Source of the DNA: an uncultured Acidobacteriota bacterium
GTDB taxonomy: Bacteria > Acidobacteriota > Thermoanaerobaculia > Multivoradales > UBA5704
DNA length: 64,000 bases
NCBI GenBank assembly: GCA_963770895.1
Contig: CAVYRF010000001.1
Location: forward strand, 672,001-736,000
Direction of reading: 5' to 3'
The translations under genes were made by a program, and so were the position numbers. Each line of letters begins with the position of its first letter. Position 1 is the first letter of the stretch. The notes below the pieces were generated by a model that searched no databases, was not told the DNA's origin, and worked only from the letters and a program-made list of their open reading frames with translations. Shown one piece after another: positions 1 to 10,003 of this stretch.

Positions 1-1
1 G

Positions 2-763
2 GGGACGTCGGCGGCGCAGAACCCGCTGGTCACGTTCACCAGCGTGGGGCCGCACACGGTGACGCTGACGGCCTGCAATGCCCTGGGCTGCACCATGTCC
101 ACCCAGACGGTGACGGTGCTGGACCCGACGCCGGCGATCACGCAGGTGACGGCTTCGCCGACCCTGGCCGTCGTGGGCGGCGCCGGGATCACCCTTTCGG
201 CCCTGGCGACGGGCCAGCCGCCGCTGACCTACACGTGGGCCGTGCAGCTGGCCGGCATCACCATCGCCACCCTGTCCGGCCCCTCGGCGGTCTGGGGCAC
301 TTTCGGCATCGGCAGCGGTCTGTTCAGCATCCAGCTGACGGTGTCGAATGGGTCCGGCAGCGTGTCGCAGTCGGTGCCGGTCACCCTCACGCCCAGGCCG
401 GCGCGGTTCTACACCGTGACCCCTTGCCGCGTGCTCGACACCCGCACCGGCCAGGTGCCGCTGGTGGCGGGCGCCGCGGCGCGGGTCATCCCGGTCGCCA
501 ACAGCTGCGGCGTGCCGGCAACGGCAACGGCCGTCGCCGTCAACCTCACGGTCGTCGGACCGACCGCGGCAGGCTCCGTCACGGTGTATCCGGCCGACGC
601 CGCCCAGAGCCTGCTGGGCACCATCGCTTTCCTCAGCGGCCAGACGCGGGCGGTCGGCACGGTGACCACCTTGTCGTTCGACAGCCTGGGGCAGCTGGCG
701 GCCGTGGTCTCCGCCGGCCAGACCGATCTGCTGGTGGACGTGAACGGCTACTTCGCCCCCTGA
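2..763 (+). CDS. Secreted PKD/Ig-like domain protein, 5' truncated by the window edge
   Basis: Frame is open from base 2 (GTSAAQNPLVTFTSVGPHTVTLTACN, PKD-like). An Ig-like repeat follows, then a C-terminal 'FYTVTPCRVLDTR...DLLVDVNGYF' domain. Stop at 761-763. Confidence 0.7.
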   Translation, partial: GTSAAQNPLVTFTSVGPHTVTLTACNALGCTMSTQTVTVLDPTPAITQVTASPTLAVVGGAGITLSALATGQPPLTYTWAVQLAGITIATLSGPSAVWGTFGIGSGLFSIQLTVSNGSGSVSQSVPVTLTPRPARFYTVTPCRVLDTRTGQVPLVAGAAARVIPVANSCGVPATATAVAVNLTVVGPTAAGSVTVYPADAAQSLLGTIAFLSGQTRAVGTVTTLSFDSLGQLAAVVSAGQTDLLVDVNGYFAP

Positions 764-834
764 AACCGGCGCCGGTTGGGGATTGCGCGGAGTGTTCTAT
801 GCGTTCGCGGTATAATCATGCACGGATTGACTCG

Positions 835-1794
835 ATGGCCGATTCCCTGCGCACTGTCAGCGATCACGAGCTCTCGCTTTTCATCGAGCGGATCGGCCGC
901 AGTCTGGCCGAGCGGCCGCTTGAAATCGATGCGGTCGAGCACCGCGAACGCATCGCCGGCCTGCTGCGGCAGGTGGGCGGCGCCAGCTTCTACGAGCTGC
1001 TCGAAGTGGGGCCGACGGCGACCCCCGAAAAGGTCCACGAGGGGTACGAGCGGCTGGCCCGCGTAGTCCATCCCTCGCATGCTCCCCACCTGGGCCTGCA
1101 GGGCAGGGAAGACGTGCTGGCGGTCCTTTTCGAGCGCGCCACCGCCGCCTACGTCACGCTCAGCCATCCCGGCCGCCGGCGCGACTACGATCGCGAAATG
1201 GGGCCCAGCGGCTGGCACCCGCCCGTCTCGGCCCAGAGCCGCAACGAGCAGAACCGCGACCGGGCGCGCGCCCACTTCAACCGCGCCACGCAATACATCG
1301 CCAAGGACGACTATCACTACGCCATCGAGCTGCTGCGCGAAGCCGTGCGCATCGACCCGCAGGCCAAGTACTTCGCCCGCCTCGCGGAGCTGCAGGAACG
1401 CAACGTGCGCTGGCTGCACCAGGCGGCGGACTGTTACAGCCGGGCGCTGGAGCTGGGCGGCCCCGATCCGCAGATCGAAGACGCGTTGGCTCGCGTCCAG
1501 CGCCGCATCGCCAACCGCGACCAGGGCGATGCCGCTCGCCGCCAGGCCGACGCCGCGGATCCCCGCGCCGGGGGGGCCGCTGCCCCCGGCGGCGGCTTCG
1601 GCGACCCGTTGTCCGGCGGGTCCGCCGGGTCTGCCGGCACCTCCGGCGGCGCCCCCGGCGACGGCGCCAACGCCCATTCCGGCGCCTCCCGCTCGCCCAA
1701 CCGGATGCCCTCCGACGGCGTCTGGGACACCGAAGAACCGGGCGACCCCGGCGACGACACCCAGGTGGATCGCTGGCTGCATCGCGGACCTTGA
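835..1794 (+). CDS. DnaJ-like (J-domain) + TPR protein with disordered C-terminus
   Basis: J-domain pattern FYELLEV...YERLARVVHPSH...AYVTLSHPGRRRDYD, then TPR helices (AHFNRA...AIELLREAVRIDP). ATG 835 lies downstream of TATAAT at 811-816. Confidence 0.75.
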   Translation: MADSLRTVSDHELSLFIERIGRSLAERPLEIDAVEHRERIAGLLRQVGGASFYELLEVGPTATPEKVHEGYERLARVVHPSHAPHLGLQGREDVLAVLFERATAAYVTLSHPGRRRDYDREMGPSGWHPPVSAQSRNEQNRDRARAHFNRATQYIAKDDYHYAIELLREAVRIDPQAKYFARLAELQERNVRWLHQAADCYSRALELGGPDPQIEDALARVQRRIANRDQGDAARRQADAADPRAGGAAAPGGGFGDPLSGGSAGSAGTSGGAPGDGANAHSGASRSPNRMPSDGVWDTEEPGDPGDDTQVDRWLHRGP

Positions 1795-1806
1795 CCCTGC
1801 ACAAGG

Positions 1807-1812
1807 TAGACT
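1807..1812 (+). promoter_or_regulatory. Putative -10 element (TAGACT) of rnpB
   Basis: TAGACT lies 6-7 nt before the 5' strand of the RNase P P1 helix. No clear -35. Confidence 0.4.
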
Positions 1813-1818
1813 AGGGCC

Positions 1819-2224
<406 letters not shown>

Positions 2225-2227
2225 GTT

Positions 2228-3184
2228 TTGACTGCCGCGCCGCGCGCGGTGCGGCTGCCGCCTCCCGCCGGCCCCGGTGATCGCGTGGGAGTGGCCGCGC
2301 TGTCGGGGCCGGTCGATCCGGCGCGCCTGGAGCGCGGCCTGGCCCAGCTTTCGGCGCTGGGCTTCCAGCCGGTGCTGGCGGCCAACGCGCAGTCGCGCCA
2401 CGGCCTGTTCGCCGGCAGCGACGCCGACCGGCTGGCCGGGTTCCACGCCCTGGCGGCCGATCGCGACCTGCCGGCGATCCTCTTCGTGCGCGGCGGCCAC
2501 GGCGCCCTGCGGCTGCTGCCGGGCATCGACTGGCAGCTGCTGGCGCGGCGGCCGCGGGCGTACGTCGGCTACTCGGACCTGACGCCCTTCCTGCTCGCGG
2601 TGGTGGCCCGCCTGGGATGGGCGGCCTTCCACGGCCCGCTGGTGGCGGCGGAGATGGAGCGCGGCCTGACCGCGGCCGAGCGGGAATCGCTGCTTGGCGC
2701 CCTGGCGGGCCGCTATCCCGTCACGGTGCCGCTCGGCGGCTGCCTGCGCGCCGGCCAGGCGGCGGGGCCGCTTCTGGGCGGCTGCCTCAGCCTGCTGACG
2801 GCGACCCTGGGAACGCCCTACTTTCCCGATCTCGCCGGGGCCGTGCTGTTCTGGGAGGACGTCAACGAGCCGCCGTACAAGATCGACCGCATGTTGACCC
2901 ACCTACGGCTGTCAGGTAGGCTGGATGGCATCGGGGGGATGATCGTCGGGCATCTCGATGCGATTGCGGCGATGGCAGGCCCACGGGGGCACCAGCAAGG
3001 CGGACAGGACGCCGCGAACGCGACGGGGACCGGTTGGCCGGCGCTGATCGCCGACAGTCTGGCAGGTTTTTCGTGGCCGCTGGCCTGGGGCCTGGACGCC
3101 GGGCATCGGCCGCCCAATTTGACGCTCCCCCTGGGGCTGCCGGCCCGCCTCGATGCCGGCGGTCGCCGGCTTGCGCTCGGCTGA
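2228..3184 (+). CDS. ldcA: LD-carboxypeptidase (peptidase S66)
   Basis: RGGHG, VGYSDLT (catalytic Ser), LFWEDVNE (Glu) and AGH (His) motifs. Confidence 0.9.
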   Translation: MTAAPRAVRLPPPAGPGDRVGVAALSGPVDPARLERGLAQLSALGFQPVLAANAQSRHGLFAGSDADRLAGFHALAADRDLPAILFVRGGHGALRLLPGIDWQLLARRPRAYVGYSDLTPFLLAVVARLGWAAFHGPLVAAEMERGLTAAERESLLGALAGRYPVTVPLGGCLRAGQAAGPLLGGCLSLLTATLGTPYFPDLAGAVLFWEDVNEPPYKIDRMLTHLRLSGRLDGIGGMIVGHLDAIAAMAGPRGHQQGGQDAANATGTGWPALIADSLAGFSWPLAWGLDAGHRPPNLTLPLGLPARLDAGGRRLALG

Positions 3185-3194
3185 GGATCTGACC

Positions 3195-3983
3195 ATGAAC
3201 AACCCCGTCTTCAAGACCACGAGCGGTCCGGGCAAACGGGGCCCCGGCGCGCTGGCGGCAGAATTCGCCGCCGGTGAATACATCTTCCGCGAGGGCGACC
3301 TCGGCACCGAGATGTACATCATCCATGAAGGCAAGGTGGAGATCCTCAACCGCTTGGGCGAAGAGGATCGGGTCCTGGCGATCCTCGAAAAGGGCGACTT
3401 CTTCGGTGAGATGTCGGTGCTCGAAGACCTGCCGCGCGCCGCCTCGGCGCGCGCCCTGACCGACACCCGCCTGCTGCAGATCAACGGCTCGACCTTCGAC
3501 CAGATGCTGCAGAGCAACCCGGAGATCGCCGTGCGCATGATGCGCAAGCTGTCGCGGCGCCTGCGCGAAACCGACGAGCTGCTCAAGACCTCCTTCGGCA
3601 ACAAGGTGTCGCCGATTTCGCCAGAGATCCCCAGCCTCGCCGCACAGCGCCCGGTCGAAGGCCCCGAAAAGCTGCTGCACCTGGCGTCGGGCATGGAGTT
3701 CCCCTTGTCGCTGGGGTCCGAAACCACGATCGGCCGCCGCGATCCGGTGACCGGCATCTTCCCCGACGTCGACCTCACCCCGGTCGACAGCCAGCGGTCG
3801 GTGTCGCGCCGCCACGCCAAGATCTACCGCCGCGGCACCAAGTTCTTCCTGTCCGAGGAGATCGGCACCATGAACGCGACGTTCCTCAACGGCGGCCGCC
3901 TGGACACCGGCATCCCCGGCGAGCTGCGCTCGGGCGACGAGCTGCGCTTCGGGGTGGTCGTCATGCGCCTCGACCTTCCCTGA
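3195..3983 (+). CDS. Cyclic-nucleotide-binding domain + FHA domain protein
   Basis: cNMP signature GDFFGEMSVL..PRAASA. FHA signature IGR...VSRRHAKI...NATFLNG. Confidence 0.9.
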   Translation: MNNPVFKTTSGPGKRGPGALAAEFAAGEYIFREGDLGTEMYIIHEGKVEILNRLGEEDRVLAILEKGDFFGEMSVLEDLPRAASARALTDTRLLQINGSTFDQMLQSNPEIAVRMMRKLSRRLRETDELLKTSFGNKVSPISPEIPSLAAQRPVEGPEKLLHLASGMEFPLSLGSETTIGRRDPVTGIFPDVDLTPVDSQRSVSRRHAKIYRRGTKFFLSEEIGTMNATFLNGGRLDTGIPGELRSGDELRFGVVVMRLDLP

Positions 3984-4030
3984 ACCGCCGACCGCCGCTG
4001 TCCCCGGCTCCGCCCCCCTTTCCCTCCGCC

Positions 4031-5428
4031 GTGCGCGTGCTGCTGGTCGCCAACACCCTGCCGCCGCGCGACGTTTCCGGGGTCGGAGAACAGGTGCTAC
4101 AGTTGGCCGCCGGCCTGCGGCAGCAAGGCGTCGAAGTGGCGGTCCTGGGGCGGGGCGCAGGCGGCGTCGCCGGGCCCAAGGCTCTCTTTCCGCTGTTCGC
4201 GGTGCCCGCCGTGTGGCGCGCCCTGGTGCGTTTCCGCCCCGACGTCGTGCAGGTCCATGAATCCGACGGCGGCCTGGCCGCGCTGCTGGTGGCCTGGGTC
4301 GCTCCCAGCCTCGATCCGCGTCCGCTGCTCGTGGCGCTCCTCCAGGTCAGCTACCGCGAGGAGCGCCGGGCGGTGCGGCCGCTGCGCTGGCAGGGGCGGG
4401 TGCTCGGCAGCCCCTCGGCGGTCGAACGCCGGTTCCGGCTGTTCAAGGCGCCGCTGCAGATCGCGCTGGGCTGGCTGACCGCCCGCGCCGCCGATCGCGT
4501 GCTGGCGCCCAGCGCCGTCACCGCCGCGGAAATCCGCCGCGACTACCGGGTCCGCCAGGTGGCCGTGGTGCCCAACGCGATGGGCGACGCTGCCGCCGCG
4601 CTGCCGGGGGCGCCGGTGCCGTCAGCGTCGGCGGCGCTGGCGGCCTCCGCGGCGCATCCGGTGCCTCCGGCGCCTGCGGCGCAGTCGGTACCCTCGGCGC
4701 CTGCGGCGCAGTCGGTACCCTCGGCGCCTGCGGCGCAGTCGGTACCCTCGGCGCCTGCGGCGCAGTCGGCGCCCACGGTGTCCGTGGCGCGGCCGGCAGA
4801 CGCCTTGACGGCGGCGGCCGGCCAGCCGGGCTACCTGCTGGTGGTGGGGCGGTTGCGGTTGCGCAAAGGGGTGGAGGTGCTGCTGGCGGCGCTGCCGGAC
4901 CTGGCGCGGCGGTTTCCCGCCGCGCGCCTACTGATCGCCGGCGACGGCGAACACCGGGCCGAGCTGGAGCGCCAGGCGGCCGCGCTGGAGCTGGGCGGCC
5001 GGGTGGTGTTTTTGGGGCGAGCGGGCGCGGCCCAGGTGCGCGTTCTGCTGGGGGGAGCCGTGGCGCTGGTGGTACCCTCCATTTACGAGGGCATGCCGCT
5101 GGTCGTCCTCGAAGCCATGGACGCCGCCGTGCCGGTCGTCGCCAGCCGCGTCTCGGGCATCCCCGAAGTCGTGCAGGACGGGCACACCGGGTGGCTGGTG
5201 CCGCCCGAAGACCCGCCGGCGCTGGGCGCGGCGCTCGCCGCCGTGCTCGCCGACCCGGCCGCGGCGCGGCGCCGCGGCGCCGCCGGCCGCCGCCGCCTGG
5301 ACGAGCAGTTCCGGCCGCCGCAGGTCGCGCGCCGCTGGCTGCGCGCCGTGGCACCCGACGCGCCGCGCGACCAGCGCGAACAGGACGAAGAGCGCGAACA
5401 GGACGAAGAGGAGATCGCGACGCGATGA
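4031..5428 (+). CDS. Glycosyltransferase family 4
   Basis: GRLRLRKG and PSIYEGMPLVVLEAM (ExxxxxxxE) motifs. Ala/Pro repeat insert between the two Rossmann domains. Confidence 0.9.
   Translation: MRVLLVANTLPPRDVSGVGEQVLQLAAGLRQQGVEVAVLGRGAGGVAGPKALFPLFAVPAVWRALVRFRPDVVQVHESDGGLAALLVAWVAPSLDPRPLLVALLQVSYREERRAVRPLRWQGRVLGSPSAVERRFRLFKAPLQIALGWLTARAADRVLAPSAVTAAEIRRDYRVRQVAVVPNAMGDAAAALPGAPVPSASAALAASAAHPVPPAPAAQSVPSAPAAQSVPSAPAAQSVPSAPAAQSAPTVSVARPADALTAAAGQPGYLLVVGRLRLRKGVEVLLAALPDLARRFPAARLLIAGDGEHRAELERQAAALELGGRVVFLGRAGAAQVRVLLGGAVALVVPSIYEGMPLVVLEAMDAAVPVVASRVSGIPEVVQDGHTGWLVPPEDPPALGAALAAVLADPAAARRRGAAGRRRLDEQFRPPQVARRWLRAVAPDAPRDQREQDEEREQDEEEIATR
4668..4769 (+). repeat. 27-bp in-frame tandem repeat (~3.8 copies, APAAQSVPS)
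   Basis: CGGCGCCTGCGGCGCAGTCGGTACCCT at 4668, 4695, 4722 and partially at 4749. Confidence 0.9.
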
Positions 5429-5919
5429 TGAGGCGCACCCTGCTGGCCCTGGGGTTGCTCGGCACCGTCGGCCTGGTGGCCGCGGCGGTGCTGGGCTTCG
5501 GCGCGAGCGGCGCCACCATCGAAAAGAGCATGCGGCTGCACGTCTTCGTCAGCCTGGCGGCGACGCTGATCGTGATGTTTTCGCACACCTGGATCGTGCT
5601 CTACCTGGTGACGGTGGGGCGGGTGGTGACGCAGGTGACGCACGAGCGCGGCGCCGACCCTGACATCGCCGACAGGTGCCGGCAGCTGCGCCGCAAGGCA
5701 ACCCCCTGGCTGCTGGCGGCGATCGTCGCCGTGGCCGGCGCCTTTCTCCTGGGCGGCGGCGCCTTCACCGGCTGGATCGGCAAGCTCCTGCACCAGGGAG
5801 TCGCCTATGCCGCCCTGATTCTCCAGGTCGTCGCCGTCCGCGTCGAAGCGCGCGTGCTGGCCGCCTACGATCGGCTCGCCGCCGCCCTGCTGAGCGGCGC
5901 GGAGGCCGATGCCGCGTAA
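5425..5919 (+). CDS. Hypothetical integral membrane protein (~4 TM)
   Basis: ATGA overlap with the GT4 stop, four hydrophobic stretches, and overlap with the GT2 start. Confidence 0.7.
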   Translation: MMRRTLLALGLLGTVGLVAAAVLGFGASGATIEKSMRLHVFVSLAATLIVMFSHTWIVLYLVTVGRVVTQVTHERGADPDIADRCRQLRRKATPWLLAAIVAVAGAFLLGGGAFTGWIGKLLHQGVAYAALILQVVAVRVEARVLAAYDRLAAALLSGAEADAA

Positions 5920-7192
5920 CCCTGCCGCAGCACCTGCCGCGGTCACCCCGCGCCGCCGGCCGGAAGCCCGGGTTGCGGTCGTGCTGGTCAACTGGAACGG
6001 CGCCGGCGACACCCTGGCGACGCTCGCCTCGCTCGACCGCTGCGCGGCCGCGCCGGCGCTCGTGCCGATCGTGGTCGACAACGCCTCCAGCGACGACTCG
6101 GTGGCCCGCCTGCGCCGCGAGCGCCCCGGTCTGGCGGTGGAGGAGACCGGCGCCAACCTGGGCTTTGCCGGAGGCAACCAGGTGGGCATCCGCCGCGCCC
6201 TCGCCGACCCCGACGTCGGCTGGGTGCTGCTGCTCAATACCGACGTCGAAGTCGACCCCGGCTTCCTGCAGCCGCTGCTCGCCGCCTGCGCCGATCCGGC
6301 GGTCGGCGCGGCCGGGCCCAAGATCTTCTATTTCGATCCGCCCGACCGGCTGTGGGCGGCCGGCGGGCGGCTGCGCTTGCGCGAGACGGTGACCCAGGAG
6401 TTCGGGCGCGGCCAGGCCGACGCGCCGCGCTTTAGCCAGCCGGCCGACGTCACCTACCTGACGACCTGCTGCCTGCTCATCCCGCGCGACGCCCTGGAGC
6501 GCGTCGGCCCGCTCGATCCGGCCTACTTCATCAACGTCGACGACGCCGACTGGTGCCGCCGGGCGCTCGACGCCGGCTACCGCCTGCGCTACGTGCCGGA
6601 CAGCCGCGTCTGGCACAAGGTCGCGGCGGCCAGCGGCGGCGCCTACAGCCCGACCAAGACCTTTCACACCGGCCGCAGCAACGCCGTCTACATCCGCCGG
6701 CACGGCGGCGCCGCGGCCCTCGCCGCCTTCCTGGCTGCCAACCTGCTGGCCCTCCCCGTCGCCTGGCTGCGCGAGCTGCCGCGCGGCAACGCCCGCGCCG
6801 TCGCCGCCAAGGCCCGCGGCCTGCTGCGCGGCCTGCGCGATCCGCTGCCCGCGCCGCCGCGCGGCACCGCGGGGGGCGCCGACGCCGGCGCCACCGCCAC
6901 CGACGCCGCGAGCGCCACCGCCGGCGACGCCGCCACCGACGCCGCCACCGCCACCGCCACCGACGCCGAGGCCGCCACCGCCACCGACGCCGCTAGAGCC
7001 ACCGCCACTGCCAGCGCCACCGACGCCGCGAGCGCCACCGCCGGCGCCACCGCCTGGGGATCTGGTGCGAGCGCCACCGACGGCGCCGCGGGAGCTGGCG
7101 GCCTTGCGAGCGCCGCGGGCTTCGACGCTGCCGCGAGTGCCGACGCCGCCGCGGGCGCCGATGCCGGCGCCGCGGGGCGGGCGGCGCGCTGA
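5909..7192 (+). CDS. Glycosyltransferase family 2 with Ala/Thr-rich tail
   Basis: VVLVNWNG, VVDNASSD, NLGFAGGN, LLLNTD and DDADWC motifs. About 110 aa of A/T/D low-complexity tail. Confidence 0.9.
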   Translation: MPRNPAAAPAAVTPRRRPEARVAVVLVNWNGAGDTLATLASLDRCAAAPALVPIVVDNASSDDSVARLRRERPGLAVEETGANLGFAGGNQVGIRRALADPDVGWVLLLNTDVEVDPGFLQPLLAACADPAVGAAGPKIFYFDPPDRLWAAGGRLRLRETVTQEFGRGQADAPRFSQPADVTYLTTCCLLIPRDALERVGPLDPAYFINVDDADWCRRALDAGYRLRYVPDSRVWHKVAAASGGAYSPTKTFHTGRSNAVYIRRHGGAAALAAFLAANLLALPVAWLRELPRGNARAVAAKARGLLRGLRDPLPAPPRGTAGGADAGATATDAASATAGDAATDAATATATDAEAATATDAARATATASATDAASATAGATAWGSGASATDGAAGAGGLASAAGFDAAASADAAAGADAGAAGRAAR

Positions 7193-7213
7193 GGCGCGGC
7201 CGCCGATCGAACC

Positions 7214-7894
7214 ATGGATACGACGCTGATTTTTACCGCTGTCATTCAGCTGCTTTTGCTGCTGCTGTCGATCTCCGCCCACGAGGCGGCCCACGCCTGG
7301 CTGGCCGACCGCTGCGGCGATCCGACGTCGCGCCTGCTGGGCCGCGTGTCGCTCAATCCGCTGCGCCACCTGGACCCCTTCGGCTCGGTGCTGCTGCCGC
7401 TGCTGCTGGTGATCTTCGGTCCGCCGATCTTCGGTTGGGGGCGGCCGCCGCTGGTGATGCCGAAGAACCTGCGCCGGCCCTTTTGGGACTCGCTGTGGAT
7501 CGCCGCCGCCGGCCCGCTTGCCAACGTCCTGCTGATGCTGCTGGCGCTTGCCGGGATCGCCATCGCGGCGCCGGCGCTGGGCGGCGGCGCCCACCAGGCC
7601 GCGCTGGTGGCGGTGCTCGACCCGATCACCGACCCCAGCGTGCACCTGACCGGTTTCCCGCTCATGTTCACCCTCACCCGCCTGGCGATCATCAACGCGC
7701 TGCTGGCGCTGTTCAACCTGATGCCGCTGCCGCCGCTCGACGGCGGCCACATCGCGCTGCAGCTGCTGCCCGCCGATTGGGCGATGAAGCTTGCCGCGGT
7801 CGCCCCCTATGGACGTATCATCGGCGTCGTTCTCACCCTGGTGGCGATGCCGTTTTTGCTCGTGCTGTTCTATCTCGTCATCAAGGTCATCTAA
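7214..7894 (+). CDS. Site-2 protease, peptidase M50 family
   Basis: HEAAH zinc motif, AGPLAN, FNLMPLPPLDGG. Confidence 0.92.
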   Translation: MDTTLIFTAVIQLLLLLLSISAHEAAHAWLADRCGDPTSRLLGRVSLNPLRHLDPFGSVLLPLLLVIFGPPIFGWGRPPLVMPKNLRRPFWDSLWIAAAGPLANVLLMLLALAGIAIAAPALGGGAHQAALVAVLDPITDPSVHLTGFPLMFTLTRLAIINALLALFNLMPLPPLDGGHIALQLLPADWAMKLAAVAPYGRIIGVVLTLVAMPFLLVLFYLVIKVI

Positions 7895-7925
7895 GGGTCA
7901 TCTGGAAGGTCATCTAGGAGGAAGT

Positions 7926-8999
7926 GTGGCGGAGGACAAAAAGGTCGTGCTTTCGGGCATGCGCTCGACCGGCAAGATCCACCTGGGCAACTATTTTGGC
8001 GCCCTCAAGAACTGGGTCGACATGCAGGACCGCTACCGCTGTTATTACATGGCTGCCGATTGGCACGCCCTGACCAGCGACTACGCCGACACCTCGCAGG
8101 TCGAAGACTCGACGGTGGAGATGGTGTCCGACTGGATCGCCGCCGGCCTCGATCCGCAGCGCTCGGTCATCTTCGTCCAATCGATGGTCCCCGAGCACGC
8201 GGAGCTCCACCTGCTGCTGTCGATGATCGCGCCGCTCGGCTGGCTGGAGCGCGTGCCGACCTACAAGGAGCAGCTGGCGCAGATCGAAAACCGCGACCTT
8301 GCCACCTACGGCTTTCTCGGCTATCCCGTTCTGCAGACCGTCGATATCGTCATGTACAGGGCGCACTTCGTGCCGGTGGGGGAAGACCAGGCCAGCCACC
8401 TGGAGCTCGCCCGCGAGCTGGTGCGGCGCTTCCATCATTTCTACGGCCAGGTCTTTCCCGAGCCGCAGGCGCTGTTCACGCCGACGCCCAAGGTGCCCGG
8501 CCTGGACGGCCGCAAGATGTCCAAGTCCTATGGCAACGCCATCAACCTCTGCGATCCGCCCGAAGAGATCCAGCGCAAGTGCATGCAGATGTTCACCGAC
8601 CCGCAGCGCCTGCGGCGCCGCGATCCGGGCCGGCCCGAGGTCTGCAACCTGTTCGAGTTCCACCGCCTGCTGTCGCCGCCGGAAACCGTCCTGCGCGTCG
8701 AAAGCGAATGCCGCGCCGCCACCATCGGCTGCGTCGACGACAAAAAGCTGATCGCTCAGATCATCATCGACTATCTGGAACCGATCCGCCGCCGCCGCGA
8801 AGAGCTGGCGCGCGACCGCGACACCGTCTTCGACATCCTCGCCCACGGCTCGCGGCTGGCGCGCGAGCGAGCGCAGGAGACCATGGAGGCCGTGCGCTCC
8901 GCCATGCACCTCGGCTACAGCCGCCTGCGTCAGATCGCCGCGCAATTGCCGGAGCAGCCGCGCCAGCCCCAGCCGCCGCAGGAGGAACGGCTGGCATGA
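7926..8999 (+). CDS. trpS: Tryptophan--tRNA ligase
   Basis: HLGN and KMSKS motifs, VPVGEDQ. GTG start after the AGGAGG RBS. Confidence 0.97.
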   Translation: MAEDKKVVLSGMRSTGKIHLGNYFGALKNWVDMQDRYRCYYMAADWHALTSDYADTSQVEDSTVEMVSDWIAAGLDPQRSVIFVQSMVPEHAELHLLLSMIAPLGWLERVPTYKEQLAQIENRDLATYGFLGYPVLQTVDIVMYRAHFVPVGEDQASHLELARELVRRFHHFYGQVFPEPQALFTPTPKVPGLDGRKMSKSYGNAINLCDPPEEIQRKCMQMFTDPQRLRRRDPGRPEVCNLFEFHRLLSPPETVLRVESECRAATIGCVDDKKLIAQIIIDYLEPIRRRREELARDRDTVFDILAHGSRLARERAQETMEAVRSAMHLGYSRLRQIAAQLPEQPRQPQPPQEERLA

Positions 9000-10003
9000 C
9001 CCAGCACCCGGAGCCGCCGCCGCACGTCGAGGTGGACGCCACCGCCGCAGCCGCCGAAGCCGCCGCAACCGAAGCCGCAGCAACCGAAGGTACCGCAACC
9101 GAAGGCGCCGTCCGGGCCGGCCAGCAAGTCGGCGCCTTCGAGGCCGGCGATCGCGTTGGCGGCGCCAAAGACGGCGAGGGCGGCACGGATGCAGCTGGCG
9201 AAGAGCACGATGCCGGCGCCGTCCAGGCTGGCAAGCTCCTGCCGGCGGCGTGGCGGGTGCAGCTGCAGATGTTCGAAGGGCCGCTGGACCTCCTGCTGCA
9301 CTTGATCAAGCTCAACCGCGTGGAGATCACCGACATCCCGGTGGCGACCATCTGCGATCAGTTTCACGCCTACCTGCAACTGATGGAAGAGCTCAACCTG
9401 GATATCGCCGGCGAATACATCTACGAGGCCGCGCTGCTCATCCAGATCAAGTCCAAGATGCTGCTGCCGCGGCCGGCGGCGCGTGCGGGCGTGCCCGAAG
9501 AAGACCCGCGCCAGGAGTTGGTGGCGCGCCTGTTGGAATACCGGCGCATCAAGGACGTCGCCCAATCCTTCGCCGAGGTGGACCGCCTGCGCGGCGGCGT
9601 CTGGACTCGCCGCCCGCAGCCCCTGCCCGCCGCGCCCCCCGAAGAAGAGGTGGTCGATCTCGGCGAGGTGTCGCTGTTCGATCTGCTCTCGGCGCTGCGC
9701 CAGACCCTCAAGCGCTACGACCGCGAGCATCCGCCGCCGCTGCAGGTTTCGGCGGAAGCCTATTCGGTGCGCGACCAGTTCGACCGCCTGCTGGGCGAGC
9801 TCGACGCCGGCCGGCCCTTCGATCTGCTCGCCGACCTGCGCCGCCTCTCCTGCCGCGCCGAAGCGATCGCCGCCTTTCTCGCCGTCCTGGAGCTGGCGCG
9901 CCTCAATCTCATCCGCGTCCATCAGACCGACAGCGGCGAGATCCTGGTCTACCGCACCACCCGCGAGCTCGCCACCGCCGAGCGCGAGGCCATCGGCGCA
10001 TGA
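8996..10003 (+). CDS. scpA: Segregation and condensation protein A
   Basis: FEGPLDLLLHLIK...IKSKMLLP...FLAVLELAR. ATGA overlap with trpS. About 80-aa acidic N-terminal extension. Confidence 0.93.
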   Translation: MTQHPEPPPHVEVDATAAAAEAAATEAAATEGTATEGAVRAGQQVGAFEAGDRVGGAKDGEGGTDAAGEEHDAGAVQAGKLLPAAWRVQLQMFEGPLDLLLHLIKLNRVEITDIPVATICDQFHAYLQLMEELNLDIAGEYIYEAALLIQIKSKMLLPRPAARAGVPEEDPRQELVARLLEYRRIKDVAQSFAEVDRLRGGVWTRRPQPLPAAPPEEEVVDLGEVSLFDLLSALRQTLKRYDREHPPPLQVSAEAYSVRDQFDRLLGELDAGRPFDLLADLRRLSCRAEAIAAFLAVLELARLNLIRVHQTDSGEILVYRTTRELATAEREAIGA

